Virus record (IMG/VR): IMGVR_UViG_3300030328_002122
Span: 64,001-128,000 of that record
Length of the DNA stretch: 64,000 nt
Source of the DNA: a virus
Direction: 5' to 3' (one strand)
The stretch's first letter is position 1. The number at the start of each line of letters is the position of its first letter. Under the pieces are notes generated by a model. That model searched no databases and was not told the DNA's origin. It saw only the letters and a list, made by a program, of their open reading frames with translations. Positions 39,976 to 49,571 of this stretch are shown piece by piece. A program made the position numbers and the translations under genes.

Positions 39976-40681
39976 CCTTATGGCTCAGTTGTCACAACTG
40001 GCGTATAATGGTAAAAATTCTAAATCATATTTTCAAAAACTAGGATATACTGGACACAAATATTTTGATGTTGATGGTGCTCAATGTCATGCAGTATGGA
40101 ATAATAAAGAATATTGTTTGTGTTTTAGGGGTACAGAACCAAAAGAAATATCTGACATATTTGCAGATTTGAAAGCATGGCCTAGAGGTTCTATGACACA
40201 TGGATTAGTACACGCTGGTTTCAAAGGTGAAATAGATAAGTTATGGGAAGAGATTAATAAACATCAACAAAAACATGAGAATAAAAAGTTTTACATAACT
40301 GGTCACTCTTTAGGTGCAGCTATGGCTACAATTGCAACATCTAGATTTGAAGAATATTGTGAAGTAGACCAACTAACAACATTTGGATCACCTAGAGTTG
40401 GAACAAGAAGATTTATAAAAAATATTAGAACTTTACATTATCGTGTCGTTAATAATAATGATATAGTTACAAGAGTACCATTATTTCTAATGGGATATAA
40501 ACATCATGGAAATCTTATATACATTAATTATTATGGAAAGATAAGAAATATGACACTATGGCAAAGGTTCAAAGATAAAGTACGTGGTAGATGGGCTGCA
40601 ATGAAGAAGTTACACCCATTTGATGGAACAATAGATCATGGTATGAATTTTTATATAGATTACACTAAGGAAAATAAATAA
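39950..40681 (+). CDS. Class 3 lipase (alpha/beta hydrolase)
   Basis: FRGTE, VHAGF, nucleophile elbow TGHSLGAA, TFGSPRVG, NNNDIV.RVP and DH. Confidence 0.92.
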   Translation: MTYNLKKINLMAQLSQLAYNGKNSKSYFQKLGYTGHKYFDVDGAQCHAVWNNKEYCLCFRGTEPKEISDIFADLKAWPRGSMTHGLVHAGFKGEIDKLWEEINKHQQKHENKKFYITGHSLGAAMATIATSRFEEYCEVDQLTTFGSPRVGTRRFIKNIRTLHYRVVNNNDIVTRVPLFLMGYKHHGNLIYINYYGKIRNMTLWQRFKDKVRGRWAAMKKLHPFDGTIDHGMNFYIDYTKENK

Positions 40682-41010
40682 TGTGGGATATGATAGAGAG
40701 AATGGTGAACGACAGGTTGTGGATTTACACAGGTATTGGTGGTTCTATATTTGGTGCATTGTTTATTGCATACATGAGAGATACAAGAATAGGTCTGTGG
40801 GTCTATTCACAATTCGATAAGATATTAGATTTTTTCAGAGATCGTTATGGTTGGACATGGTTTGATCAACCAGATGATGCTTGGAAAAAAGTAAATCCAA
40901 AAATTGCGAGAAAAATTGAAGAACTGGAACGAAGATTGCATACATTAGAGATGTTAGGTGATGAATATCATTACTTAATGCACAGAGGAAAAGATAAGAA
41001 TGTCAAGTAG
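40681..41010 (+). CDS. Membrane-anchored hypothetical protein
   Basis: N-terminal hydrophobic segment, then a short coiled coil. Confidence 0.6.
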   Translation: MWDMIERMVNDRLWIYTGIGGSIFGALFIAYMRDTRIGLWVYSQFDKILDFFRDRYGWTWFDQPDDAWKKVNPKIARKIEELERRLHTLEMLGDEYHYLMHRGKDKNVK

Positions 41011-41422
41011 TAAAAGTGTGGAAACAGAGGTTGCACTTCTCAAAAGAGAAGTAAACGACATGAAACAAATACACCACAGACTTGATTCTGCAATAGAAAA
41101 GATTGCAGATGTATCTTCTTCTTTACATACTATAATGGCTGTGCATGAAGAAAAACTTATACGCCAGGAAGAAAATTTGGAACAACAAGAAAAAGAATTT
41201 AGAGATAGTGTACAAGAATTGCACTCTCGCATTACCACTAATGCAAAGGAAACCCATCATGCAATGGGTGAGATGGAACGTAGACTCGTGGAAGAATTTC
41301 AAAAGATGCGACAAGATATGTCTAATCGTGTCGGTGTCTTAGAAAAATGGAGATGGTTAATTATCGGTGGATCTATTGTTTTAGGATTTATTATACAGAA
41401 AGTAATTACGATAAATGTTTAA
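41000..41422 (+). CDS. Coiled-coil protein with C-terminal TM (XhlA/holin-like)
   Basis: Ends RV..LEKWRWLIIGGSIVLGF. Confidence 0.6.
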   Translation: MSSSKSVETEVALLKREVNDMKQIHHRLDSAIEKIADVSSSLHTIMAVHEEKLIRQEENLEQQEKEFRDSVQELHSRITTNAKETHHAMGEMERRLVEEFQKMRQDMSNRVGVLEKWRWLIIGGSIVLGFIIQKVITINV

Positions 41423-41465
41423 TATCTATTGACAAATTGGTTTGAATTATATATTATGAAAAATA

Positions 41466-42476
41466 ATGAATTACATTGACAGTAAATACATATCCTTAAT
41501 ATCACCAAGACTTAGAAACTTCACAAAAAAAAGTGATTATCTGTGGAATTTCTCTTGTCCTTATTGTGGTGATTCTCAAAAAAATACAAAAAAGGCCAGA
41601 GGGTTTGTTTATAGAACAAAAACTGAATTGTTCTATAAATGTCATAACTGCTCTATGGGAACAACTTTACCTAAACTGATCGAGTTTATAGATGTAAATC
41701 TTTTCAATGAATATCGTCTGGAAAGGTATAAAGAAGGGTATGGTCAGAACTACACTGGTAAGTCAGTACCACAAGACCAATTTGAATTTAAACAACCAAA
41801 ATTTAAAACAAAACTTGATTTAAAAAGTTTTGAGAATCTTGAAAAAAGTCACCCAGCTGTTGACTTTTTATCACAAAGATTGATACCTAGAGAATTTTGG
41901 AATGATATATATTACTGTCCAAACTTCTTTGGTTTTTCTAACAAACACATAGAAAATAAGTTTCCTTCTTTAGATGGTGACCACCCTAGAATAATAATTC
42001 CTTTTAGGAATAAAGATGGAGATATTATAGGGTATCAAGGAAGAGCATTTGGAAAAGAGATGCCTAAGTATCTAACAGTAATTTTAGATAAAAATAGTCC
42101 TAAAATTTATGGAATAGATAGAATAGATGATAAGAAAGATATATATGTTGTTGAAGGCCCATTTGATAGTCTATTCGTTGAAAATTGTATTGCAGTTGCA
42201 CAAAGTGATTTACGTGTTTCTCAATATAAAGAAAAATCTATTCTTATTCCAGATAACGAACCTAGAAATAAAGAACTGTGTAAACAAATTAAAAAGTTTA
42301 TAGATAACAACTATCGTATTGTACTATGGCCTTCTGCAATTAAAGAAAAAGATATTAATGAAATGATTTTATCTGGAAAAACAAAAAAAGAAATAAAAAC
42401 AATAATTGATAATAATACTTATCAAGGTACTAAGGCCTTGATGCAGTTTTCAATGTGGAGAAAAGTAAATGTCTAA
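41466..42476 (+). CDS. 61: DNA primase gp61
   Basis: Zn finger CPYCGDS...CHNC, YQGR, TOPRIM motifs VVEGPFDS, DNEPRN and KDINE. Promoter TTGACA (41429), 17 nt, TATTAT. Confidence 0.96.
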   Translation: MNYIDSKYISLISPRLRNFTKKSDYLWNFSCPYCGDSQKNTKKARGFVYRTKTELFYKCHNCSMGTTLPKLIEFIDVNLFNEYRLERYKEGYGQNYTGKSVPQDQFEFKQPKFKTKLDLKSFENLEKSHPAVDFLSQRLIPREFWNDIYYCPNFFGFSNKHIENKFPSLDGDHPRIIIPFRNKDGDIIGYQGRAFGKEMPKYLTVILDKNSPKIYGIDRIDDKKDIYVVEGPFDSLFVENCIAVAQSDLRVSQYKEKSILIPDNEPRNKELCKQIKKFIDNNYRIVLWPSAIKEKDINEMILSGKTKKEIKTIIDNNTYQGTKALMQFSMWRKVNV

Positions 42477-44403
42477 TCAACTACCAACGCAATATCAACA
42501 ATTTATTCATCTATCTAGATACTCTAGATGGTTACCAGAAGAAGGACGCAGAGAAACATGGAATGAAACTATCGAAAGATATTTTGATTTTTTTACTGAA
42601 CATTTGAAGGAAATGTGTGACTATGATTTAGATGATAAAACAAGAAAAGAGTTGGAAGAAGCAGTATTAGATATTAAAGTGATGCCCTCTATGAGATGTT
42701 TAATGACCGCTGGTGAAGCATTGAAAAGAGAAAATATCGCTGGATATAATTGTTCTTATGTTGCAGTTGATAGAGTTGCAGCTTTTGATGAAATACTTTA
42801 TGTGTTGATGAATGGTACTGGTGTTGGGTTTTCTGTGGAAAGACAATTTACTGCGAAACTTCCTATTGTTGCAGAGGAGTTTTATCATTCTGATACAATG
42901 ATACAAGTTGCAGATAGTAAACTAGGTTGGGCAAAAGCACTCAAAGAACTTATAGGTATGTTATATATTGGTCAAATACCAAAATGGGATGTATCAAAGG
43001 TTAGACCAGCAGGATCACCACTTAAAACATTTGGTGGTCGTGCATCAGGCCCAGAACCACTAGATAGTTTGTTTAGATTTGTTGAGAGTACATTTACAAA
43101 TGCAAAAGGAAGAAAACTATCCTCTATAGAATGTCATGATATTGTATGTAAGATTGCAGAGATTGTGGTTGTGGGTGGAGTAAGAAGATCTGCTCTTATT
43201 TCATTATCTAATCTATCTGATGATCGTATGCGTCATGCAAAATCTGGTCAATGGTGGGAACATCATAGTCAAAGAGCACTTGCAAATAACTCTGCGTGTT
43301 ATACAGAGAAACCAGATATTGGTATCTTTATGGACGAATGGAAATCACTATATGATTCTAAGTCTGGTGAAAGAGGTATCTTTAATCGTGCATCTGCAAA
43401 TAAAATGGCTGAGAAAAATGGTAGAAGAACTATTGATGGTCATGAGTTTGGTACAAACCCATGTTCTGAAATCATATTAAGAGATAGACAATTCTGCAAC
43501 TTATCAGAAGCTGTTATCAGACCAACTGATACAAGTGAATGTTTGAAAGAGAAAGTAAGGATTGCAACCATACTTGGTACATTTCAATCTACACTTACTA
43601 ACTTCAAGTATGTTTCTAATATGTGGAAAAAGAATTGTTCAGAAGAAAGATTGCTTGGTGTATCACTTACAGGTATCATGGATAGTCCTTTAACAAATGG
43701 TAAAAGAAATCCAGTTTCAAATTCTTACAATAGTCTTGAAGGTTTATTAGATGAACTTAGAGAAGTTGCAATAGAAACAAATAAAATATGGTCTAAGAAG
43801 TTAGGTATTAATCAAGCAACTGCAATTACTTGTGTGAAACCATCTGGTACAGTTTCACAGTTGGTTGATGCAGCTTCTGGTATTCATGCAAGACATAATC
43901 CTTATTATATTAGAACAGTAAGAGGTGACAAGAAAGATCCACTTACACAAATGATGGTAGACTCTGGATTTCCTGTAGAAGATGATGTAATGAATCCAGG
44001 CCATACATCAGTATTTTCTTTTCCTATGAAGGTAAATAAAAATGCAGTATTCAGAACTGATATGTCTGCAATACAACAATTAGAATTATGGTTAACTTAT
44101 CAGAAACATTGGTGTGAACATAAACCATCTGTAACTATATCTGTAAAAGAACACGAATGGTTAGAAGTTGGTGCATGGGTGTATGAACACTTTGATTATA
44201 TGTCTGGTGTAAGTTTCCTACCATTTAGTGAACATACATATAAACAAGCACCATATCAAGATTGTGATGAAGATCAGTATAAAGATATACTAAACAGTAT
44301 GCCTAAGAATGTTGATTGGGGTTTACTAGGAGAATATGAGAAACAAGATACGACAACAAGTTCTCAAGAATTAGCCTGCACAGCAGGAGGCTGTGAAATT
44401 TAA
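42469..44403 (+). CDS. nrdJ: Class II (adenosylcobalamin-dependent) ribonucleotide reductase
   Basis: YNCSY, GTGVGFSV, GGVRRSA, TNPCSEI, CVKPSGTVSQL and C-terminal CTAGGC; no beta-subunit gene nearby. Confidence 0.93.
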   Translation: MSNQLPTQYQQFIHLSRYSRWLPEEGRRETWNETIERYFDFFTEHLKEMCDYDLDDKTRKELEEAVLDIKVMPSMRCLMTAGEALKRENIAGYNCSYVAVDRVAAFDEILYVLMNGTGVGFSVERQFTAKLPIVAEEFYHSDTMIQVADSKLGWAKALKELIGMLYIGQIPKWDVSKVRPAGSPLKTFGGRASGPEPLDSLFRFVESTFTNAKGRKLSSIECHDIVCKIAEIVVVGGVRRSALISLSNLSDDRMRHAKSGQWWEHHSQRALANNSACYTEKPDIGIFMDEWKSLYDSKSGERGIFNRASANKMAEKNGRRTIDGHEFGTNPCSEIILRDRQFCNLSEAVIRPTDTSECLKEKVRIATILGTFQSTLTNFKYVSNMWKKNCSEERLLGVSLTGIMDSPLTNGKRNPVSNSYNSLEGLLDELREVAIETNKIWSKKLGINQATAITCVKPSGTVSQLVDAASGIHARHNPYYIRTVRGDKKDPLTQMMVDSGFPVEDDVMNPGHTSVFSFPMKVNKNAVFRTDMSAIQQLELWLTYQKHWCEHKPSVTISVKEHEWLEVGAWVYEHFDYMSGVSFLPFSEHTYKQAPYQDCDEDQYKDILNSMPKNVDWGLLGEYEKQDTTTSSQELACTAGGCEI

Positions 44404-44416
44404 AGAGTATTATTAA

Positions 44417-44578
44417 ATGAAAAAGTTAATAGTTTGTGAATCATGTGATGTAGAGTATACGATTCAATATGACATGGAAGAAGAATATTACAAAATTACA
44501 TATTGTCCTTTTTGTGGAGAACCAGTGAGTAACAACGAAGATTTCATGTATGATGAAGAATACTATGATGGCGACTAG
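44417..44578 (+). CDS. 53-aa zinc-ribbon protein, not in the ORF track
   Basis: MKKLIVCESCD...YCPFCGE... with an acidic tail. Confidence 0.75.
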   Translation: MKKLIVCESCDVEYTIQYDMEEEYYKITYCPFCGEPVSNNEDFMYDEEYYDGD

Positions 44579-44580
44579 GT

Positions 44581-44931
44581 ATGAAAACACAAAGTGCAAA
44601 ATCAAAAGGTAGAAGATTACAACAATGGGTACGTGATAAGTTAATAGAAGAACTTGACGTACATCCAGAAGATATAGAATCTCGTTCAATGGGAGCTGGT
44701 GGTGAAGATTTAATCATGGCTCGTGATGCGAGAAAGAAATTTCCATATTCTATAGAATGTAAGAATGTGGAGAAGTTGAATGTTTGGGATGCTTATTCCC
44801 AAGCATCAGAGAACAGTAATAACTATGAACCTATAGTTGTTATGAAGAAGAATGGTAAAACTCCTCTAGTAGTAGTTGATGCCGAATATTTTATGAAAAT
44901 ACATCAAAAATCCCCAAAAAAAGAAAGGTAG
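44581..44931 (+). CDS. PD-(D/E)xK nuclease, Holliday-junction-resolvase-like
   Basis: SAKSKGRRLQ, GEDL and SIECKN. Confidence 0.7.
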   Translation: MKTQSAKSKGRRLQQWVRDKLIEELDVHPEDIESRSMGAGGEDLIMARDARKKFPYSIECKNVEKLNVWDAYSQASENSNNYEPIVVMKKNGKTPLVVVDAEYFMKIHQKSPKKER

Positions 44932-44934
44932 AAA

Positions 44935-45951
44935 ATGAAACTGTTTAAAATCTTATCAGTACTATTATTATCATTAAGTGTATCATCTGCATTTGCAGAT
45001 AAATTAAAAGTTGGATTTATATATGTTGGGCCAGTTGGAGATCATGGTTGGACTTATATGCATGATCAAGGTCGATTAATGGCCGAAAAACATTTTGGTG
45101 ACGATATAACAACCACATTTGTAGAATCTGTACCAGAAGGGCCTGATGCAGAAAGAGTTATGACTCAGATGGCTTTACAAGGACATGATATTATATTTGC
45201 AACATCATTTGGTTATATGGAACAAATGTTAAATGTTGCTAAAAAATTCCCTAACATAAAATTTGAACACGCAACTGGATATAAAACTGCTGACAATATG
45301 TCAGTATATTCTTCTAAGTTTTATGAAGGAAGATATGTTCAAGGTGTTATCGCTGGACATATGAGTAAAGAAGGAAAAGCAGGATATATTGCATCATTCC
45401 CTATTCCAGAAGTTATTCGTGGTATCAATGCATTTTGGTTAGGTGCTACTTCTGTTAATCCAGATTTTGACATAGATGTTGTGTGGGTTAATACTTGGTA
45501 TGATCCTGCTAAAGAAGGTGATGCAGCCAGAGTACTAATCAATCAAGGTGCTGATATTATAACTCAACATACTGATTCAACTGCACCACTATCAGTTGCA
45601 GAAGAGATGGGTATTAAGGGTTTCGGTCAAGCATCTGATATGATTCACTTTGCACCTAATACACAATTAACTTCCATCATAGATCAATGGGGCCCTTATT
45701 ATATTAAGAGAATACAGGCTGCGTTAGATGGTACTTGGGAATCTTCTGATACTTGGGGTGGTATGGATACTGGAATGGTTGAAATGGCTCCAATGACTAA
45801 TATGCCTGATAATATTGCTAAGATTGCAGTAAAAGTTGCAAATCAAATAAATGATGGTAAACTAGATCCATTTGGTGGAGAGTTTACTGTAGGTGAACTA
45901 TTAGGAATGTCTAAGTATCTTTCTGGTATAGATGCACCAAATCCTAATTAA
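44935..45951 (+). CDS. BMP-family ABC transporter substrate-binding protein (purine nucleoside type)
   Basis: Signal peptide; GFIYVGPVGDHGWTY.H, IFATSFGYM, FPIPEVIRGINAF, WYDP and GAD...QHTDS. Confidence 0.92.
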   Translation: MKLFKILSVLLLSLSVSSAFADKLKVGFIYVGPVGDHGWTYMHDQGRLMAEKHFGDDITTTFVESVPEGPDAERVMTQMALQGHDIIFATSFGYMEQMLNVAKKFPNIKFEHATGYKTADNMSVYSSKFYEGRYVQGVIAGHMSKEGKAGYIASFPIPEVIRGINAFWLGATSVNPDFDIDVVWVNTWYDPAKEGDAARVLINQGADIITQHTDSTAPLSVAEEMGIKGFGQASDMIHFAPNTQLTSIIDQWGPYYIKRIQAALDGTWESSDTWGGMDTGMVEMAPMTNMPDNIAKIAVKVANQINDGKLDPFGGEFTVGELLGMSKYLSGIDAPNPN

Positions 45952-45969
45952 TAATGAAAAGGGTAGAAA

Positions 45970-46449
45970 ATGAAATCGCCTGAAGAAAAACTTTGGAAAA
46001 AGGTAGGAAAAATGGAACTTGGAAATCCTGTTATAACAACTTTAGTAGGACTTGTAGTATTTTATATTGGCCTTAAAATGTTTTCTGGTGGAATGAAATC
46101 AATGGGAAATATGGAACATCTTACTTGGTTTTTAGGAAACCCTATCTATATGTTCTTTGGTGGAATACTTATGACACTTGCATGGCAATCATCTTCATTA
46201 TCAACTACAGCGATTATTGCATTGGTTGCTTCTGGTGCATTACCACTACCAGCTGCAGTTGCGTGTGTACTAGGTGCAAACATAGGAACAACTGGAACTA
46301 TATGGTTAGCAGGATTCTTTGTATCAGATGGTTGGCCAAAAGGAGATACATTGCGAATCGCTATGGCTCATACTGGTGCAAATTTATTAATGGCACTTGC
46401 ATTATTACCATTTGTAGGACATTTATCAAGGTTTTTATCTAAATTTTAG
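45970..46449 (+). CDS. Na+/Pi cotransporter family protein (single repeat)
   Basis: QSSSLST and GANIGTT signature motifs; hydrophobic. Confidence 0.85.
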   Translation: MKSPEEKLWKKVGKMELGNPVITTLVGLVVFYIGLKMFSGGMKSMGNMEHLTWFLGNPIYMFFGGILMTLAWQSSSLSTTAIIALVASGALPLPAAVACVLGANIGTTGTIWLAGFFVSDGWPKGDTLRIAMAHTGANLLMALALLPFVGHLSRFLSKF

Positions 46450-46472
46450 TGTTTCATTTTTACCACTATTAG

Positions 46473-46502
46473 AAAAAAGTGTCTTTCGGGGCACTTTTTT
46501 TT
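46473..46502 (+). terminator. Rho-independent terminator
   Basis: aaaaagtgtct-ttcg-gggcacttttttt. Confidence 0.85.
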
Positions 46503-46571
46503 GTTTTTGAGGTTGACTCCATATGCAAAAAATGTTAATATGATTCGTAAACAGAGAGAAAGGTATTAATA

Positions 46572-46868
46572 ATGATTTCATATTTGAGTTGTAGCGAAGG
46601 TAAATTAGATTTGCATCATTATGAAAATGGTAACCATGAGATTGTTTGTTCTTCAAACAATGTTAATGAACTTGCAAATTGTCTTGCAAACTATGGTTTT
46701 GGGGAGTTCTTCAGAACTTCTTCTTCATTAGACTTTGCAGATGAGTATGGGTTTGAAACAATGGATGGTGCTCATGATCTTTTAGAAGCTGCTTGTATTG
46801 AAGCATACAAGATTATTGAGATACATGAAGAATATGAGAAAGGTTTAACTCCTAATTATTTATTATAA
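46572..46868 (+). CDS. Hypothetical early protein
   Basis: Own promoter (TTGACT ~46514) and GA-rich RBS. Confidence 0.6.
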   Translation: MISYLSCSEGKLDLHHYENGNHEIVCSSNNVNELANCLANYGFGEFFRTSSSLDFADEYGFETMDGAHDLLEAACIEAYKIIEIHEEYEKGLTPNYLL

Positions 46869-46871
46869 ATA
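46864..46871 (+). promoter_or_regulatory. T4 late promoter directly before rpsU
   Basis: TATAAATA, then 5 nt, then ATG. Confidence 0.75.
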
Positions 46872-46876
46872 CTAGT

Positions 46877-47122
46877 ATGAAATATAAAAAGAAATCATAT
46901 AAGTCAGATGAACTTAAAGGTTTGTCGGTATCTGTTCGTAACAATGATGTAAATGGTGCATTGCGTGTTCTTAGAAAACGTCTTGTCAAAGATGGTATTA
47001 TTCAAGAATTACGTGAAAAAACTTACTTTCAATCTAGGGGTGAGAAACGTAGGAAAGAAAAGGCAGCTGCAATACGCAGATATAAACGTAAATTGCAGAA
47101 AGAATTAGAAGAGAGATTATAA
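46877..47122 (+). CDS. rpsU: Ribosomal protein bS21
   Basis: V.VRNNDVNGALRVLRKRL.KDG...ELRE..YF....EKRR.EK.AAIRR. Confidence 0.9.
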   Translation: MKYKKKSYKSDELKGLSVSVRNNDVNGALRVLRKRLVKDGIIQELREKTYFQSRGEKRRKEKAAAIRRYKRKLQKELEERL

Positions 47123-47133
47123 GAGAGGTTATA

Positions 47134-47520
47134 ATGAATACTGTGAAAAAAATTAAGAGAAAAAGAAAACCAATGTCAGTTGAACAAAGGTTAGCCGCAA
47201 CCGAAAGACTTGCAATTGCAAGGGAGAAAAGGTTGAAAGAAAATCCACCACAATATAAGAATATATGTCCAGAGGTTTTATCTAAACCAGATGACTACGC
47301 TTTTTCCTTAAAGAAAGTGCGTCAATGGATTAAGACTCAGAAAGAGTTACTTACAGTTGAGAGAAAAGCTGTAAGAGATAATATTAAAGGTGCGATTGCA
47401 AGAGCTGCTAGTCATGAAGGTTATATTAGACATTGTGAATACTATCTTAAACATGGTGATTGGTGTGATGATTTCTATGGTGAATATCAAGAGAAGAGAG
47501 TAAGATGGAAAAGTCTATAA
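47134..47520 (+). CDS. Conserved phage hypothetical protein
   Basis: RKPMS.EQR.AA.ERLA.ARE and YL..GDW.D.FYG. Confidence 0.65.
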   Translation: MNTVKKIKRKRKPMSVEQRLAATERLAIAREKRLKENPPQYKNICPEVLSKPDDYAFSLKKVRQWIKTQKELLTVERKAVRDNIKGAIARAASHEGYIRHCEYYLKHGDWCDDFYGEYQEKRVRWKSL

Positions 47521-47741
47521 AAAGAGTAGAGTTTGAAGAAGCTCATGCAGATATTGTAAAACTAGTTGAAGAACTAGTTACAAAAAAGAATATTAGTTTA
47601 TTACAAATTGCAGGGATAATGCAAGCAACAGCAACACGTATATATAAAGAAGTGTTGTCTGAAGATGAGTTTATAAGTTTGATGGCTATGGTAGTAGATC
47701 AATCAACTGAACTAGGAGCAGAGAAAGAAACACTACACTAG
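47505..47741 (+). CDS. Hypothetical protein
   Basis: Coupled ORF in the operon. Confidence 0.6.
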   Translation: MEKSIKRVEFEEAHADIVKLVEELVTKKNISLLQIAGIMQATATRIYKEVLSEDEFISLMAMVVDQSTELGAEKETLH

Positions 47742-47750
47742 GAATGTATT

Positions 47751-48617
47751 ATGATATTAGTTGATATGAATCAAGTAACCATTAGTAATCTTATGATGCA
47801 AATTGGTTCTAAAAGACAAAATGATGTAGATGAGAACCTTGTTAGACACATGGTTCTTAACTCTTTAAGAATGTATAGATCTAGATTCTTTGAAAAATTC
47901 GGAGAACTGATATTATGTTATGATAACAAAAGATATTGGAGAAGGGATTATTTTCCAAATTATAAATGTAATCGGAGAAAAGATAGAGCTAACTCTAATC
48001 TAGATTGGAATTTAATATTTGAAACATTAAATACTATTCGTGACGAAATTAGAGAAATCTTTCCATATAAAGTAATAGAAGTTGATGGTGCAGAAGCAGA
48101 TGATTGTATTGCGACTATCTGTATGCATATTAACCAAACACCAAATGAATATGAGAAAGTATTGATATTATCAAGTGATAAAGACTTTATACAATTACAA
48201 AAATATAACTTTGTTACACAGTATAGCCCCGTAAACAAGAAGTTTATCAATGGTATTGATCCCTACCTATATATAAAAGAACATATATTAGTAGGAGATA
48301 GAAGCGATAGTATTCCGAATATCTTATCACCAGATAATACTTTTGTTGATGGATTAAGACAGAAACCTTTCAGTAAAAAAAGAAAAGATTCAATTCTTAT
48401 GTCCAAACAAGAACCAGAAGATTTTTGTAATGCAGAACAATTAAGAAACTATCAAAGAAATAAAACTTTAATTGATTTAGAATGTATTCCAAAAGATGTG
48501 AAAAGAGAAATAATGATTGAGTATCGTAAATCACCAAAAGGTGAAAGATCTAATCTACTAAATTATTTTATACAAAAAAGATTGAAAAATCTTATGAATG
48601 ATATTGGAGATTTTTAG
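47751..48617 (+). CDS. rnh: T4-type RNase H (5'-3' exonuclease)
   Basis: MILVD.NQ, YWRR..FP.YK..R, EADD.IA, SSDKDF.QL and GD.SD.IPN. Confidence 0.95.
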   Translation: MILVDMNQVTISNLMMQIGSKRQNDVDENLVRHMVLNSLRMYRSRFFEKFGELILCYDNKRYWRRDYFPNYKCNRRKDRANSNLDWNLIFETLNTIRDEIREIFPYKVIEVDGAEADDCIATICMHINQTPNEYEKVLILSSDKDFIQLQKYNFVTQYSPVNKKFINGIDPYLYIKEHILVGDRSDSIPNILSPDNTFVDGLRQKPFSKKRKDSILMSKQEPEDFCNAEQLRNYQRNKTLIDLECIPKDVKREIMIEYRKSPKGERSNLLNYFIQKRLKNLMNDIGDF

Positions 48618-48618
48618 T

Positions 48619-49074
48619 ATGGCTATGAAAACATATACACCACTACTTTCTGAAGTTTTGAAGAAAGTAAACAATGCAAAAACAAAAGATAAAAAGGTTG
48701 CAGTTCTCAAAGAACATGATACTCAACCATTAAGAATAATAATAAAAGGTTCTTTTGATCCTAAAATTGTATGGATGCTTCCAGAAGGTAATGTTCCATA
48801 TAAACCTAATGAATCAGAAGAAGGAACTGAACATACAGTTCTTGCAAGAGAAGCAAGAAAATTATACCATTATGTTAAGGGTGGTAATGATAGATTACCA
48901 ACAACAAAACGTGAAACTATGTTTATACAATTGCTTGAAGGGTTACATAAATCAGAAGCAGAATTAGTAATCAATGCAAAAGATAAAAAATTACATCAAA
49001 TATATAAAGGATTATCTGCAGCTGTTGTTAAAGAAGCGTTTAATTGGAACGATAATTTTAATAGGAGAACATAA
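48619..49074 (+). CDS. Conserved T4-like hypothetical protein
   Basis: LPEG.VPY and KRETMFIQLLEGLH..EA. Confidence 0.7.
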   Translation: MAMKTYTPLLSEVLKKVNNAKTKDKKVAVLKEHDTQPLRIIIKGSFDPKIVWMLPEGNVPYKPNESEEGTEHTVLAREARKLYHYVKGGNDRLPTTKRETMFIQLLEGLHKSEAELVINAKDKKLHQIYKGLSAAVVKEAFNWNDNFNRRT

Positions 49075-49075
49075 A

Positions 49076-49531
49076 ATGGCATTTAAATTATCACAAAGAT
49101 CACTAGATAAATTAGAAGGCGTTGATGAACGTATGCAAAGAGTTGTCAAGGCTGCAATAGAATTGACTAAAACTGACTTTGGCGTGATTCAAGGTATGAG
49201 AACTGAAGCACAACAAAAAGAACTTGTAGCAAAAGGCGCAAGTCAAACTATGAAAAGTAAACATCTAGAAGGTAAAGCAGTTGACCTCATGGCCTATGTT
49301 GGTTCAAGGGGATCATGGGAACTGAATCTTTATGATGATCTTGCAGATGCAATGAAACAAGCGGCTATCCAAGAAGGTGTACAAGTACGTTGGGGAGCTG
49401 CATGGCAGATTGATGATATGCGAGATTGGGATGGTACAATGGAAGAAGCAATGAACGCATATATTGATTTACGCCGTTCACAAGGCAGACGCCCATTTAT
49501 TGATGGGCCACATTTTGAGTTAATGGATTAA
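49076..49531 (+). CDS. Endolysin, M15 peptidase (L-Ala-D-Glu peptidase type)
   Basis: LSQRS...L.GV, G.RT..QQ, SKHLEGKAVD, RWG..W and DGPHFEL; SD aggag before 49076. Confidence 0.9.
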   Translation: MAFKLSQRSLDKLEGVDERMQRVVKAAIELTKTDFGVIQGMRTEAQQKELVAKGASQTMKSKHLEGKAVDLMAYVGSRGSWELNLYDDLADAMKQAAIQEGVQVRWGAAWQIDDMRDWDGTMEEAMNAYIDLRRSQGRRPFIDGPHFELMD

Positions 49532-49571
49532 AAACTATTGACATTTATATTATGATATGATAGTCTAATCC

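Noticed and set aside
4442-44403. Inteins or introns in gp43, gp41, UvsX, primase or NrdJ
   Set aside because: All are uninterrupted and of ordinary length, with no intein splice-junction or LAGLIDADG motifs noticed.
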